Positions 1-13,567 of a stretch of DNA of 64,000 bases are shown in pieces. The first letter of the stretch is position 1. Each line of letters starts with the position of its first letter. This DNA is from Balanoglossus misakiensis. Lineage: Eukaryota; Animalia; Hemichordata. Made by a program: the position numbers and the translations under genes. The notes beneath the pieces were generated by a model. It saw nothing but the letters and a program-made list of their open reading frames with translations. It was not told the origin of the DNA and made no database searches. The stretch is from contig CM082594.2 in the NCBI GenBank assembly GCA_040954595.2, positions 3,147,319 to 3,211,318 of the forward strand, given 5' to 3'.

Positions 1-60
1 CTTGCCAACTATTCGAAATTTCCCGGGCAGGTGAACTCTGTACTTTGGGGGAAAACTTAC

Positions 61-3000
61 GTTTTGTCCAAGAGAATACAATCCGACATCAGGACTCGCA
101 ACAGGGTGTTTGAATTTCTTCAACGTGGATATGAAACTTCCGTCATCCCCCAAAGAATCGTCAAGGGTTTCGGTCCACACTAATTCGTCATCAACAAACC
201 AACTGACATTGAACAATGAATGATATACGTCATGTCCATCACTCTTGAATAGGCACTGCATCACAGGAGTTTTGAACACTTTTTTCTCATAGTTATGTTC
301 TTGCACGTCAGCCCTGATTTCAAGGGTGTTGATTTTTGGAAATACGTCTGAAAGAAAATAATTATCCCTCAAAGGTAAATGACTAATCAGAAGTTAGAAT
401 ACTGTCATTTTACAGTTGCCTCCGCCAAAATATAAGTTTTCTTTTGGGAAAATACTACCTCATGAATCGTAAATATATTTTCTAGAAAAATAGAACTTTA
501 ACTTTCAAAGAACATTATCTCTGGTCTGTAGGGGCCACGTGCCATATGGTAGTATGGCAGTATAGAATTGACATGATCTGAGCGTTGTTCGGTGACAGCA
601 AGATCATTAAGTATTTTAGCAGTGTCAATGCTGTTAAGTTTTAGCTACAGGGGCATTAGTCTGTTCTACTAAATTGCCGATAAATTCTGCCTCGTATGAG
701 AACAGAACGAAGTCGACATAATTGGTAAATGTGTCACTTAATTACAAAAATATATGTTGTCACAACAAGAGATCCAAGTTTAGTGACTATTCTTTCTGTG
801 TGCAGACAATATCAAATATGTAGAATCACTGCCGACATCGATATTGTGACGGAAAACCGGTCGGTCTGCGTCAAAATCGGTTAGCGCGAAGGCAGATCCG
901 CTCGGGGCTCTCACAAACGGCGATGTCTCTAGTTCGGCGGTCGAAACACGCCCGAAAGCTAGGATCTGTGACGAATATCTCGGTCCTTACCCAACCATTA
1001 TTATACTCAGTTATCCAACACTCGTTCCATGAAAACTTAGTGTACCAACCTGTGCAACCAGGCGTGTATCCTGTCGGCGAATCCGTACCTTCGTCACACC
1101 GTACTTCAGTTCTTTAATAAAAAAACAAATAACATTCAATGATACCTTTTTGTGACAAAAAAATAAGTTCGGTCAATACCAGATACATTATAGGCTAATT
1201 GCAACAATACTTAAAAAAGAGAAAGCATATTAGCTGAGTAGTAAATTCGTGTGTTGTAAACTACCTTATGTTCCATTTAAGGTTCTAGCTTCGGCTGTCT
1301 TGATTGTAATCTAACAACGAGTACTATATGGATTATGTGTATTTTTGGTATTTATCAGTATACACATGATGACTGACAATGAGGGCAACAGTGCATATTG
1401 ATGACCGAGGGCGCTGCTAGTCACAACTAAACAGTCTTGTTTTTCCGAGGGCATATGTCAGTCATCATGTGTTTTATAACACACCAAACACGACACACAC
1501 CACATCCAGGCAACAGTACCGGGCAGAAACCGATCGAACTGATGCCCTAGGGAACAGTTCGAAATGACTAAGGTCACGTGACGACGTATTGACGAATCAC
1601 GATCGAGGGTTCGCTGCATGGTGTGTTATAATCTGTATTGTTCGGACCAATGCGATATTACCTGCACAGTAAGCACTTGGGCAGACCAGGCCTCTTAGTC
1701 TGTAAAGGTAATATCCATCGCACTTCTTAACTTCCATGTCATACTTGTTAGAACATTCAGTGGCATTCATATTAGAGCACGCAAAAGTCTGTACAGTGTC
1801 ATTAACTTCCAGGGGGTGTTCCCCTAGCATATATACAGGATATCTCGTCCCACAGGTGTACTCAGGTAGATCGGTCTGAGTCGTCATCTGGCCCCCTGCT
1901 CCGCTGATAAATCTGTACCATTGATATCCAATAAAGTCATCGTCGCAGAGTACTTGGGTGGTCGGGTCTATGCGGTAGCCTGTACTGCGTTGGGGTTCAT
2001 CGAGTTCAATATGATGAAAACATGGATCTGCATTCAGACCGCCGGCGTTCATTGCTAAAATAGTAACACAACGAATTAGTGTACTCTTTCGAATAGCCGC
2101 ATAGACGGGCAATGCAACATAATGAAATGCAAAGTAATTGTATAATCAAAATAAACCAGTAACAAAAACCTTGTAAGTCAAAATTTAGAGACAGCAAAAT
2201 GAAAATGTATTTCCCGAAGACCAAGTTGACACACCAGGTATGTATAAACGAAAGGACAGTGCAATCAGACAGGTAGAACTTAAAAAGTCACTTGTTGAGC
2301 GTATGTATATTTTGTGGTTGTAGGCCTAAGTGGTTTTAAAACTCACTGTTCTTTGCGGCGCTTTTGTATACCATTTTTCCTACTCATCCTATCCTACTTA
2401 ATGCCGGTAAACCACAATTATAAAATAATAAAATTGTTTCAAAATATGTCGGCATTACCAAGAAATATGAGTGCCCAGTCGAACATGCAATAAATATGGA
2501 TGATTTGTTTACATTATCATATTCACAGACCCGGTAAATTACCAGAGTGTGACGTCATGCCACATGCATATTAAAGGTATACAGTCTACTCCAATTAACG
2601 TACGCCCATATATGGTTGAAATGGCGTATTTGAGCGTTCTAAAGAACCTATGGTGGCGCTCTTTTCTCGCGTGTGCCACCCACTGAAAATCTGTGATTGG
2701 CTAGATCTCAATTTGCCATGGTAACTATAGCTAATTTTCCATAGGTGACCGTATAGCTTTAATATGAAATCGATACATTTCATATTACCATAGTTCGACG
2801 TCACCAACACCGCAACTATTTTCATGACCTCAGTTTGTAAACAAATGAAAATACTATTATACGATGTTGGTGGGCTTTGAAGATTGGGAAATACGAGGTT
2901 AGAAGTAATAAAGGTCATGTGAAATATTGTTAACTGATGTTTTATTTGTTTGCTTGGTGTCTTCCAACTGTGGTAAATTTTGAACGACGGAGCTATCATC

Positions 3001-6000
3001 CAGCGATCAATAAAAAGACCCTGTGAACTAAATATGGACGCAATCTGCCAAGAATCAAGATCGGTTACGTACTAGAGATGCTTGTACCACTAAATAAGTT
3101 TTTTACGTAAAATGTTTCGACTGATAGAGAGAAACATTACATTATTTCCGGGTTGAGCAAACTTTTTTCCTTACCGAGTGAATTTTACAAACGGGTGATC
3201 AAAAGTGTGGTGACATCAAGCGTAACACGCCGTTTTTCGTCACGGTGCAATAACCTATACTTATTCAGTTATTGACAGAAGTATGTGGGAACTTTTGGAG
3301 CACTGTGGGACACTTGTTCTATGTGGCCACGAAGTCTGTGATAGACTATTGTAATCGTGCACTCTCCGTTCACAACCAGACAAAGAATGGTTGTCTTTAA
3401 TTCCAATGGAGTTCTGTTTATAGGCAGACGGGCGTGACGCCGCTGTAGCTATATTTAAAATAAGCTACGAGAAACTTTTCAAAAACAAAGTAAGTCCTGG
3501 GAGTATGTTGTGTTTTTTTCTTGGGTATATACATTTCCTAGTATACTAACTCATCTCCCGTGCTCATTGCCTTGTTGTGAGTCGCATAGAGCAAGCGCAA
3601 ATGAACGCTGCCTTGTGTCGTTTTTTTTAGAGAAATGCAATTATGGTGTCTTGTCTGTGCTGTTCAAACTAATAATTCGTGGTATAATAACACTGCATAT
3701 GACTCAAGCTGGAAAAGCTATTTGTATGCATGCATTTGTAAGAATGTTTGCTATCAGCGGGGGAGGGTTTAGTATTTGCCGTAGCTCGTGTCAATTCGTC
3801 CGTCCTTCCATCCATACCACGATGGCATTCACCCTGTTTGTATTTTTATTTCCCTGACATTTAGAAACACCTTCAAAGTCATCTTGCAGAAACCCCGTCA
3901 CTAATTTCTTTTTGCCAACATTTCTTTCAAACTTTGTTCTATGCTCGCTTGATCTTGTGATTATATGACTTGGTATTTACTCGATTTTGGACTTTTTGGG
4001 GGAAACCCCTCAGTCGTCCCTAAACAGGGAAAGTTACTTATTATTCATGCAGCCTCAGGCTAGGAATGCAGGTGGTGTTTTTCGTTGCACCGAGCGGGTC
4101 CGAGTTTTCAGTGCGCAGTCCCCTCGACATTGACATAAACCAGGAAGCACATCTTTGCAGTGGCAGCATATTTCACGAATGGAGACGATCAGTTCGCCGT
4201 AACTATCTCCTCGTTTTAGTGTAAATCAGCCGCGTTCTACCGCGGTATGAAATTTGAAATTGGCGTCTTTCTTTTCAGCTAACACAAGATGCGAAATTCA
4301 CAGCACAACTTTGCTGTCAACAATTACTTTGACATACGCCAGGGAGGTTGATCTACCACGTTCGACATTCACAAATGATTCAGACGCCGAGTTCCGACTT
4401 TGAAGGAACCATTTACATGTGTACTTGAAGTTTGCGCGGACGTTAAGCAAGTAAAAAATGATACACCTTACAAGGTGTTTACCTAGACGAAAATCATTTA
4501 AACCGTTGAAAAAAGGATATCAAATCTTGTAGTTATTTTATTGGTCGATTTTTATTCATTGACAATATTAACCACGTATAACCTACCCTGTAAACATACA
4601 TGTACATGTAAGCGGTATAATGCAGGGGATTTAAAAATTCTACGATCTGTCCATTGCGTTAAAATGGCTAACTGAGTTCTGCTTGAGTTACCAAAACACC
4701 CAGAGATGTCACTGGCGATATTGTTTAGTCGCTGTCCGGATTGCAACCACCTCGACTGTAAGCTGCTCGAAATGACAAATGCATAAAACATCTTGAACTT
4801 TTGTGTGTGTTTGTTCTCCCAATCATGGTCAGAACTTATCCGCGTACCATTCGAACTCAGGCGAATCCCTGTTTGTGTAGTTACACTATGGTACTTTGTC
4901 ACGTACGCCCCAATATGATTAAACTCATAAGTAGGGTACGGACGCCGTACCCTACATCTTGAAGGTGTTGACGTTTTGTTATTGCCCGCCCACATTTATC
5001 TACAAAAGTATTCCTAGCCTGAGGCTGAATGAATAATCACTTTCTAGCGATTTCACTGTTTAGGGCCGACTGGGGGGTTTCCCCCCAAATGTCCAGAATC
5101 GTGTAAATCCCCAAGTCATACGCACAGCAAGATCAAGCGATTGAACAATGTTTGAAAGAAATCTTGGTAAAAAGAAATTAGTGACGGGGTTTCTGCAAGA
5201 TGACTTTGAATGTAGCCAACAAAAAAGACAAACAGTATATTTACCAGATAACCCAGAAACTTCCAAGAAAACGTGGGAAATTTCCATCATCCCTTCTTAT
5301 ATTACACGAGATAGGGGTACAATTGGCGACATATATGGAACAAACTGTACTGAAATCGCGTGTATATATGATTTTTTGGCATATCAGAATCATTTTTGTT
5401 ACATAACAGCGACAGAAAAATAAGTTACTAACTGAACCAAAGTCGCGACGATGAATGTAAACACGGGTGTCCGGGGACCGAGCATTAAACATGATGCAAA
5501 CGGCATCGCGCAAGGCAAAGTTCTACATATTCCCATAGAGCTGTTCAATTTTAAAACTTCCGAAAATTCTGCAGTGTTTAATTGTAATTATTTAGTTTAA
5601 GCCCACATTTTCCCTGCTTTATGCTAGTTCAAGGGTAATTTTAGCAGTGCTCTTTTGGGTATGTCATCAGCATCCGCTGGATTGAGCTCTCGTCCAATCA
5701 GAATGGCGAATGTTAACATGATAGGCCTATAGCACGTTTTTCCCTATATCACGTGGTTCTGTCTAAGCCAATCAAGAGTACGGAGTACAGCTTGGGGTAT
5801 AATAAAGTGAGCTAACCCGGACCACTGAGTACGCGTTCATCATAATTATGCTACACCGGTCAAAGACTGAGCCAAAGTGCTAAAATCAAATCTCAAGGCC
5901 ACCGAACCAAAAATCAAATCTCAAGGCCACCGAACCACTCTTGTGAGAGATGGCCGGTCGTTTGGGGATACGGCAAAAGTAACTGCTGCACCAATGCAAT

Positions 6001-7243
6001 TCTGTCAACAATTTCCCTTTGTCAAGTATCTTTTGCACCATTCATTAGTTCGATAATTATTATAACTAATGTATATTCAAACGTATTAACACACACTTGT
6101 ACTCAATCATGATATTACCAACTTCGACAGGAATTTGCGAGACATATATTGTAGACATAAGGAAAACTCGCAAATACGGAGCCCTGCAATTGTGGTGAAT
6201 ATACCGATACACAGTATGCATGCTATACACAAGTAATATGCTTAAAGGGAATTGTTCTTTACCTGTGCATTCATAATTCGAGCAAGATCCTCTGCATGTC
6301 GCATTGTAATACGAAAAGTAGTATTCTGTCACGTATTTCTCTTGTGTCCTGTAGCGGGTTCTGAACAAATGGTAAGATTTATAGAATGAACAATGAGAAA
6401 AAGAGATTCATGCAGTGTATATATTTAATGCTATGCGATGCGCATTTTAACTTGAGCAAATCAACAATTGAAATATCATATGAAATGACATGAACATGTC
6501 GACGACACACAGTATTTGTGTAGGTTTTAGGTGAGTCCCAAAATGGAAAAGAAGAAAAATGGTAAATAGGTGATTATGTTGGAAAAAAATTCCCTATTGG
6601 TTTTTAGGCGGGGACAATATGAGCAGTGGGTGTTTAGTTGGCCCTCACCAACTCGTTCAGTGTAACAGACTTTAAGGTGGCTATGTCATCTCTAATGACA
6701 TTTCGTTGTAAAATATCATTCCAGTAAACGTTTCCTAGTATATTGTTTAAAGTATCTTTATACTTAAATATCAATATAAAAGTATAACCTGTGTCTTGTA
6801 CAACTCTCCCAACCCCAAAATCCACAGGAAGTGTAATATTTTGCCCAGTAAGATACTCTGATGTAGACCACAGACATAGTTGAATGTCGCTCGCGAAGAA
6901 TGCATGTTTGTGGCCTGAAAGAAATGGAAATGAGTCGGATTAGTTTTATGTCTGCCTGAAATATTGCGCTAAAATGGACAGGTCTGTCAAAGCTGATATT
7001 TTCGAACATATTTCCATTTACATATTAATAGTGCTCAGATTTACTGACATGCATAGACATAAGGGCGACACTATGTCAGTACTGCACTGGAGTCTGGCAG
7101 CACGGTCGTCTGAGGAACATTTCACTCAGTGCAAGCGCGTGCATAACTAAATCTTACCAAGTTATGATCTCAGTCCTCACGACCAACACACATGTCATAG
7201 CAACCACCACGACGCATGCTCCTGATAATCTGAATCCGGTCAT
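61..7243 (-). CDS. VWDE-like secreted protein (signal peptide, EMI-like domain, UMOD/GP2/OIT3-type D8C domain, Ig-like VWDE domain); 5' part only, continues past the left edge
   Basis: Phase-compatible exons read by hand: 7243-7158 (MTGFRLSGACVVVVAMTCVLVV, signal peptide); 6914-6789 (YYTSCGFWGWESCTRHR); 6360-6263 (TRYRTQEKY..CRGSCSNYECT); 2054-1662 (DPC..LDEPQRS..CDDD..WYRF..CGT..P..VKKCDGYYLYRL..CPSAYCA, D8C); 1112-1050 (GTEVRCDEGTDSPTGYTPGCT, acceptor non-canonical); 347-61 (FPKI..C.F..FNVSWFVD..LGQN). D8C, then the TGxTPGC linker, then an Ig-like domain is the arrangement seen in VWDE proteins. Confidence 0.75.
1352..1630. mobile_element. Non-autonomous element: ~125-bp hairpin plus inverted-repeat-flanked module
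   Basis: ACACATGATGACTGACA (~1362) pairs with TGTCAGTCATCATGTGT (~1456). TTATAACACACCA (~1474) pairs with TGGTGTGTTATAA (~1618-1631). Confidence 0.5.
2575..2758. mobile_element. MITE with TTAA target duplication (Kolobok/piggyBac-like)
   Basis: TTAA|AGGTATACAGTC ... GACCGTATAGCT|TTAA. The right ~70 bp recur almost identically at ~38702-38773. Confidence 0.65.
3872..5210. mobile_element. Non-autonomous DNA transposon with ~200-bp imperfect terminal inverted repeats, in a VWDE intron
   Basis: 3872-4068 (TTCAAAGTCATCTTGCAGAAACCCCGTCACTAATTTC..CAGCCTCAGGCTAGGAAT) is the reverse complement of ~5010-5210. No transposase ORF inside. Confidence 0.75.
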
Positions 7244-9258
7244 TCTCACCAAGTTTCTAAAAAAACGGGAAATGGTAAATTAATTTTACATAATTTATTT
7301 TGGTGTGTTTATTTTGCGTTAGCTATATACTGTGTTACCATACACTCTTCATGTTTATGACAATTGTTTGCTGACCAGTGAATTCAAATCTTACCTGCTC
7401 GATTATTTAGATGAAATCAACCCTTACGTAAAATTAAAGTGGCTAATTAATCATGATCTGGATAGTCGAACATGAACAGGAAATGTATGGCCATATATCT
7501 CGATCGTCTCGTAAACGCCTTTCCTCCGTCGCGTGAGGCCTACTGCAAGTCCCGTTGAGCATTCAGGGACCGCCCGCTCTGTAACTCAGGTATTACATAA
7601 TCACGATAGGTTACCATCAATGACAATACCTTAGGCCTATACATGTCAATGTGTTTTATTTGGGGGCTCTTTTTCGTGCTAACATTTGCTATGAAACATT
7701 CTGATGACATACAGTTCCTGATTCTATGCTTGGACTGGCAGACGACACTGTGTTAGGTTTTGTTACAACACTGTTGAATTTGCAGTGCCTGGTACACGTT
7801 ATACTAACTACCGAGATTTTGCTTGTGATTTGTGCTGGTATAACTGTGCAAAATACTGCATGGACAGTTATACAACGTTATGTGTCAAGTACACATGTTT
7901 ACACATTAATCCAGTCAATATCACATGTAACTATCATAGTTACAATGTGTATGTCTGTCTGAGTAGATATCTATTGACACAACTATGAGTACGTGTGGTA
8001 CTTTACTCAAAGCAGCATGCTGAGGTGTTACGGCTGTCTCATATGTAATATCTCCTGACATACCCCATCCCCCTTTCTTACTTACTATGCGTCCCAAACA
8101 GACATGTGTCTCGTCCAGTGAATGTCCTTAACTTCACATGAATCAATTTGTGTGAACGGGAAAAAAAGAACTAAACACTGCCAGTAGAATCTCACACTGT
8201 TAGTACTAAACACCAAGTGTATTATTGGTAAGTGAGTTTCGAAAAAAAAACATGTGATACACCAGCTCACTGATGATGCAAATATTTGTACGATTGTTTA
8301 AGAGGGTAACAGTAACCTGCCAAAAGGCAATTCCGACTGCACTCACCTAAAGGACTCCCCGTCCACGCGTGCCAATCCACCAAATGAAAATAAAAACCAA
8401 GAAACACAATAAGCACGAACTATTCAAGCAGAGGTGGGCGCAGCCGGTAAATGACAGCCAGGGGCAAATAAGTGTTTTCAAATAGTCGTGTCGCTAAAAA
8501 CAGAAATGGTATACAAAATATACGGTGAGGGCGTGTGCAGTTAATCATTCATGATTGTCCATTGATATGCCCTCCAATATTTCAAGATTCTGACGAACCC
8601 TGACAACTCATTTCCGTTGATCATCGCTATGAATTATGAGTGTTTAACCACACAGACTAAGATATGGATTGGTGAATAATTGGGTTTTATTAACTATCCA
8701 CTACTAACAACTACTGCCCCCGTAAATAAAGGCATAATATACAAAGCAGCGCACAGTGTACAAGAAACAAAACAGAAGAGGTAGGCCAGTAGGCTTATCT
8801 CTCTACTTCTACTACTACATCACAATTAAAAACAAAAACAACGACTATGAAGTGATTGATTTATGTGTGCGACATAGGACAATCAATCTAGCCAGGCAGT
8901 TAATAAAGAATGAGTTTATTTGAAGGAAAATGGAGTTATAATTTGGAATACCCCGGCCATCAGCGGTGTTTATTAACAACAAAACCGAAGCAATAATATG
9001 GCAGTTTGCACCGCACAGTTGTGTTATTGAAAGGGGGCATGGCGCTAATATCTCAATAGAGCATTTTCCAAACTCCACGAGACACTGCGATATCTTGCGT
9101 GGCTTGGCAGGGGACACGGGACAAACAATACATGTCTCATTGTGTTAGACTGCACTTTTGTTAAACTGTGCACTTGATTTGCACACTTGGCTAGCGACCC
9201 GTTGCTACGTTTGTTAAGCGAGTCTCGCCAAGTCTCGCGAAGGGTGGAAAATCATCTA

Positions 9259-11793
9259 TTACAGGTGTTTTCTAGAAAACTCTACTAAATCAGCCATGCA
9301 TTCTTTGCCAACATCAAATGCCCCCCAACCTAGTGAAAAAGAAAACATACAATGGAAACCACGGTCGTAGTGTTTCCAGGTAACTGGTACACCGGCCTCA
9401 TCCAGCCTCTTTGCATACATAATTCCATCATCTCTAAAACCGTCAAATTCGGCCGTCACGATGTACGCATCGGGTAAACCTTTCAGGTCTGCTCTCAGCA
9501 AGGGCGATATGTATGGGCCCAACAACGCGTCGAGGTGCTCGCCACAGACCTCCACATATTGAACATCATCGCGCGATTCTGCAGGGATGCTCGGCCTCTT
9601 CTTGAACTTGTCCGGGATGAGACTAACATCAAGAGCGTACTTTTGTCTCACTTGCAGACACAAATGCTTGTTTGCTTGCATTGCCCCGGCGTATCTCAAA
9701 TCACCAGCTAGGTACAATGAAATAGCAAAACCCACATATCGCCGGCTTAAAGTGAACATATCATTTTGCTGGTACGACGGTGTAGAATAGTCCACACTCT
9801 GCAAAAACGGATATATCATTCCCTGGAACTTCAGTTTCGGCAAGCCCATATCTAAATATTTGTCATCAAAGGTCAGCGCCGTTGCAACGACTGTGGCTAT
9901 ATTCCCCCCGGCACTGTCACCGACAACGGCAACTCTGGAAGGATTCACGTTGTAGTCCTTCGCGTGTTGTAGAAACCACACGGTAGCTTTGATGCAGTCT
10001 TCATGCGCCGCTGGGAAACGGTGCTGCGGAGCCAGGCGATAACTGCAACGCACCATAACGAAAACACACTTCAGAATAATATACCACTTTAAGGGGCCGA
10101 CGATCGTCTTATGCGCATGCCATAATTACGTGTGTATACAAACATTACGTCCACTCCAAATTTTCTGCAAGTTTTGCGTTCGACGCATTCAAATAGTGAA
10201 CTGTCTTCGCTTCCCTCAACATTTCATGCGCAACGTATAAGTAGACTTAAGTTTTGTCCCTTCTTTTCACCCAATTTGCTGTAATTTCTCGATCGCCGCC
10301 ATCTTGCATGTTGATGCGACAGCACACTGCCTTATGGCATCGACTGTATACAATTTTTGGAACCAAAGTCTCTGGTTTAGCACATGAGCATAAGACGATC
10401 GTTGTCCTTTAAACCATCCTTTCTATGAAAAAACACTCATTTCTTGGCGGTATCACCAGTGGTTTCAACCCAATTTAGTGCTTGTTTGAATGCAATGGAA
10501 TAATGTAATTTGGGTTAATTTTGGTTACGTCGGGCAACTGCATAGTCGACTTTGAATTCTTAAAATTCTTCACAAACATTTATTTGGAGTCAACTATCCC
10601 AAAGGATCACAGTTGCTGCTGGGCCATATGTCTTGTTTTGCAGCCAAACATTTATAAGAATCATGGCTACATCTCCGAGCAATCTATAATTGATGTATTT
10701 ACTTACTCTATCGATACAAGTACAATGCCTAGCCTTGCTGCCATGTACCTTGTTAAGTAATGGTATCCATCTGAATGGGAACAATATATATAGGAAATGA
10801 AAGAAAGAAAACGGTATGTGTAAGTTCTTATGTGGTTTTTATGATTGCTTGTAATTTGTCATAAAATGGTTCAAGTATACACCCATTTCATAAGTCTAGC
10901 GCCCTCACGAATTAGAACTCAAAGCGAGGACAATGGGGAAAATTGACCAATCATATCAAGGTTGTTTCCCCATTGGCCTCACTTTGAGTTCAAATTCATG
11001 ATGGCTGCGTGGGGGCGCTAGACTTATTTTATTGGCATATTTTCTTCCATACCCACAAATTATAGGACGGTGTCTAAAGAGACATGTATTATTATATTTT
11101 TGAAGTGCAATGCCTTTGGAGTACTGTGGCTGTAGTCTGGGTACCTGCACTACCGGTTACACATCCCCCACCATGGATAAACACCATAGCGGGCAGCGGT
11201 TCTTCAGACTTCTTAACTGGTTCGTAGACTTTAACTTTGACCCGGTCGAATGTTGTGTCCACATGTCTAACGCTTGGCTCATCCTTGCTTGTCATAGCAA
11301 ACGGAAAATGCCAAAAATAATCCTCACGGAAATATCTTATTCCAAGAAAAGCAGAAGCTTTTACCTGTTGGAGACACAGATATAATCTCTCGTCAGTGAT
11401 TTGTTTCAGAAATTGGCATAAGACCTGTAGTTCCGTTAAAGTAGTGCATTATACACAATGGCGCGAAAAGATAATGAGATGCAAATGAGATGTTAATGAG
11501 TAAACAGCCATTGGAATAACCGTACGATGGTGGATTCTATTCCTGCACAATGTTGAATTTTGACACTAGCCCCCAGTGTACCACTAAATGTACAAGGACG
11601 TGAGGTCATTCAGGGTCATACAAGTGGCCTATTGAGCAGCAAGACGGATACTTACAAGAAGATACCCCAACTGAATGACTGCATTGACCATCCTCAAACG
11701 CATTGGTTGACCTACTCCGTCAGGCAAAGGACAGTAAAACAGATTTTTACTGAAGGTAACCAGACCCGAGATTGCGACTCCTAAAAACATCAT
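9259..11793 (-). CDS. Arylacetamide deacetylase / neutral cholesterol ester hydrolase 1-like GDXG lipase
   Basis: Exons 11793-11656, 11364-11145, 10770-10707 and 10042-9259; all GT-AG and phase-compatible. Motifs: HGGG oxyanion hole, DYRLAPQHRFPA, GDSAGG nucleophile, EFDGFRDDG acid, GFH His. N-terminal YCPLPDG segment is typical of AADAC. Confidence 0.92.
10093..10408. mobile_element. TTAA-flanked MITE in an AADAC intron
   Basis: TTAA|GGGGCCGACGATCGTCTTATGCGCATG ... CATGAGCATAAGACGATCGTTGTCCT|TTAA. A related fragment lies at ~18480-18570. Confidence 0.75.
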
Positions 11794-11925
11794 CTTCACT
11801 CGACGGGGCGCGTGGTGGCTATCAGTATCGCCGACAAATTTCTGGGGGTGGGGGATGAGAAAGTTTTGTTTCACGTGAACATGATAGCAGATTTGTAAGT
11901 AATGATAGAGACGATTTCGGTCCAC

Positions 11926-12198
11926 TACATACATACATACATACATGCATACATGCATACATACATACATACATACATACATACATACATACATACATAC
12001 ATACATACATACATACATACATACATACATACATACATACATACATACATACATACATACATACATACATACATACATACATACATACACATACATACAT
12101 ACATACATACATACATACATACATACATACATACATACATACATACATACATACATACATACATACATACATACATACATACATACATACATACATAC
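11926..12198. repeat. (CATA)n microsatellite
   Basis: Near-perfect tetranucleotide run; source of the spurious MYVC/HTYI ORFs. Confidence 0.98.
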
Positions 12199-13567
12199 GC
12201 ACCATGTACTTTTGCTTTCATAGGCAAACCTTTCGCACAAAATCATTCAATGCCAAAATGAAGGACAAAGACACAAACAGGTAAAGCCCTCAATTCAGTG
12301 GAGTGATGGTATTACACAAATCAAGACGCGAAAGGACGTTTCATGTATACTTCAAGGAAAGTAAAATCGTTATCATTATACTTGCATACATATGTACAGT
12401 AATCCTTCAATCGCGATTTCTTGATGACAACTCAATAAAAAAACTCACCTTCAGAGAATGAAACTGACCGCTGGGATGTACACACAGCTTGACGGCCACT
12501 TGTCGAATGACGTAGATTAAGCCGAACATCCTGTACAAGTTACGTCAGCCACCGTAACGTCGCTTTTGATGCAACGGCTTTCCAGACCGGCATGTATTTA
12601 ACCTTTACATTGTCCCCCCGGCATTGTTCGTATAGTTGGCATAGACCTATAGGTCCACGTGGTCGGATAGCATTTGTCTTTGAGAGGGTTACCTTGCGAT
12701 AAAATCATTTTGCAAATGATATCATGTTTCCTAAGATTTTCTATCGATCAGGCCTGAACTGTCAAAAAATCGGCATCACCAATCAGCAAACGGGAAATAT
12801 ACGGTTATGACACCAGAAAACTGACGCTCGTTGATATCACAATGGAGTATTGGAAACATCGTGCAACAATACAAAACTAGGCCTTGTCATGCAAAACACC
12901 AATTGTCCACATTGTGTTCCATGAACAGTATTTGCGCTTTTATTGTGAATCAATGAACATGTTTCGATCTTAATCTTAACCTGTTCAGGGAATAACTGTC
13001 GTCAAATTTCTTTTGTACTACGGAATTTCCGTTATGTAACGTCCGCTATGGCAGTAGGATAAGTATTTCTCATTCAAGTTCTGTTCTGGGGCCAATGAAC
13101 TCCACCTTCGAAGGTAGCGCATTGTGAAAAATAGTTACACCCTATCACTGTACTTGTATTTGAGTCCAATGAGAGCCATTTTTACAATAGCCAATACCTG
13201 ACCGTTTTCTTGTAGCACAGGGCGGCCATCTTGTAGAAATGGCGAAGGGGACAGTTTCTACAAAGTCAGCAGCTCTGAGCATATGTCATAAGCAAATAAG
13301 TCAAGCAACAATTTCATTTCATGATAGAGAGTAAAATCATTTTAATAACCTTACTGTAAGTCTGCACGAGGCATATTGCGTAGACAAGTCCTAAGTCAGA
13401 AGCATCTATTATACTGAATGAATATAACCAACTACATATTTTGGAGTATGGATAAGATCTAAATACAGCAAGTTCCTACACCATAACTAGAATTCATCAG
13501 AATCATTCTGAGTGTCATCATAATAAAAACCAACTACTGCGCGTTTACGGTCAGGGTAGTGCTCAAT

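Noticed and set aside
7726-7988. Short Cys/Tyr-rich plus-strand ORFs
   Set aside because: No recognisable domain, signal peptide or clear splice partner; I cannot support them as coding.
11822-12261. ORFs of MYVC/HTYI repeats (also 15632-16079, 50507-50767, 59339-59637, 62199-62652)
   Set aside because: They are translations of microsatellites. Only the short parts overlapping real AADAC or ADA2 exons are coding.
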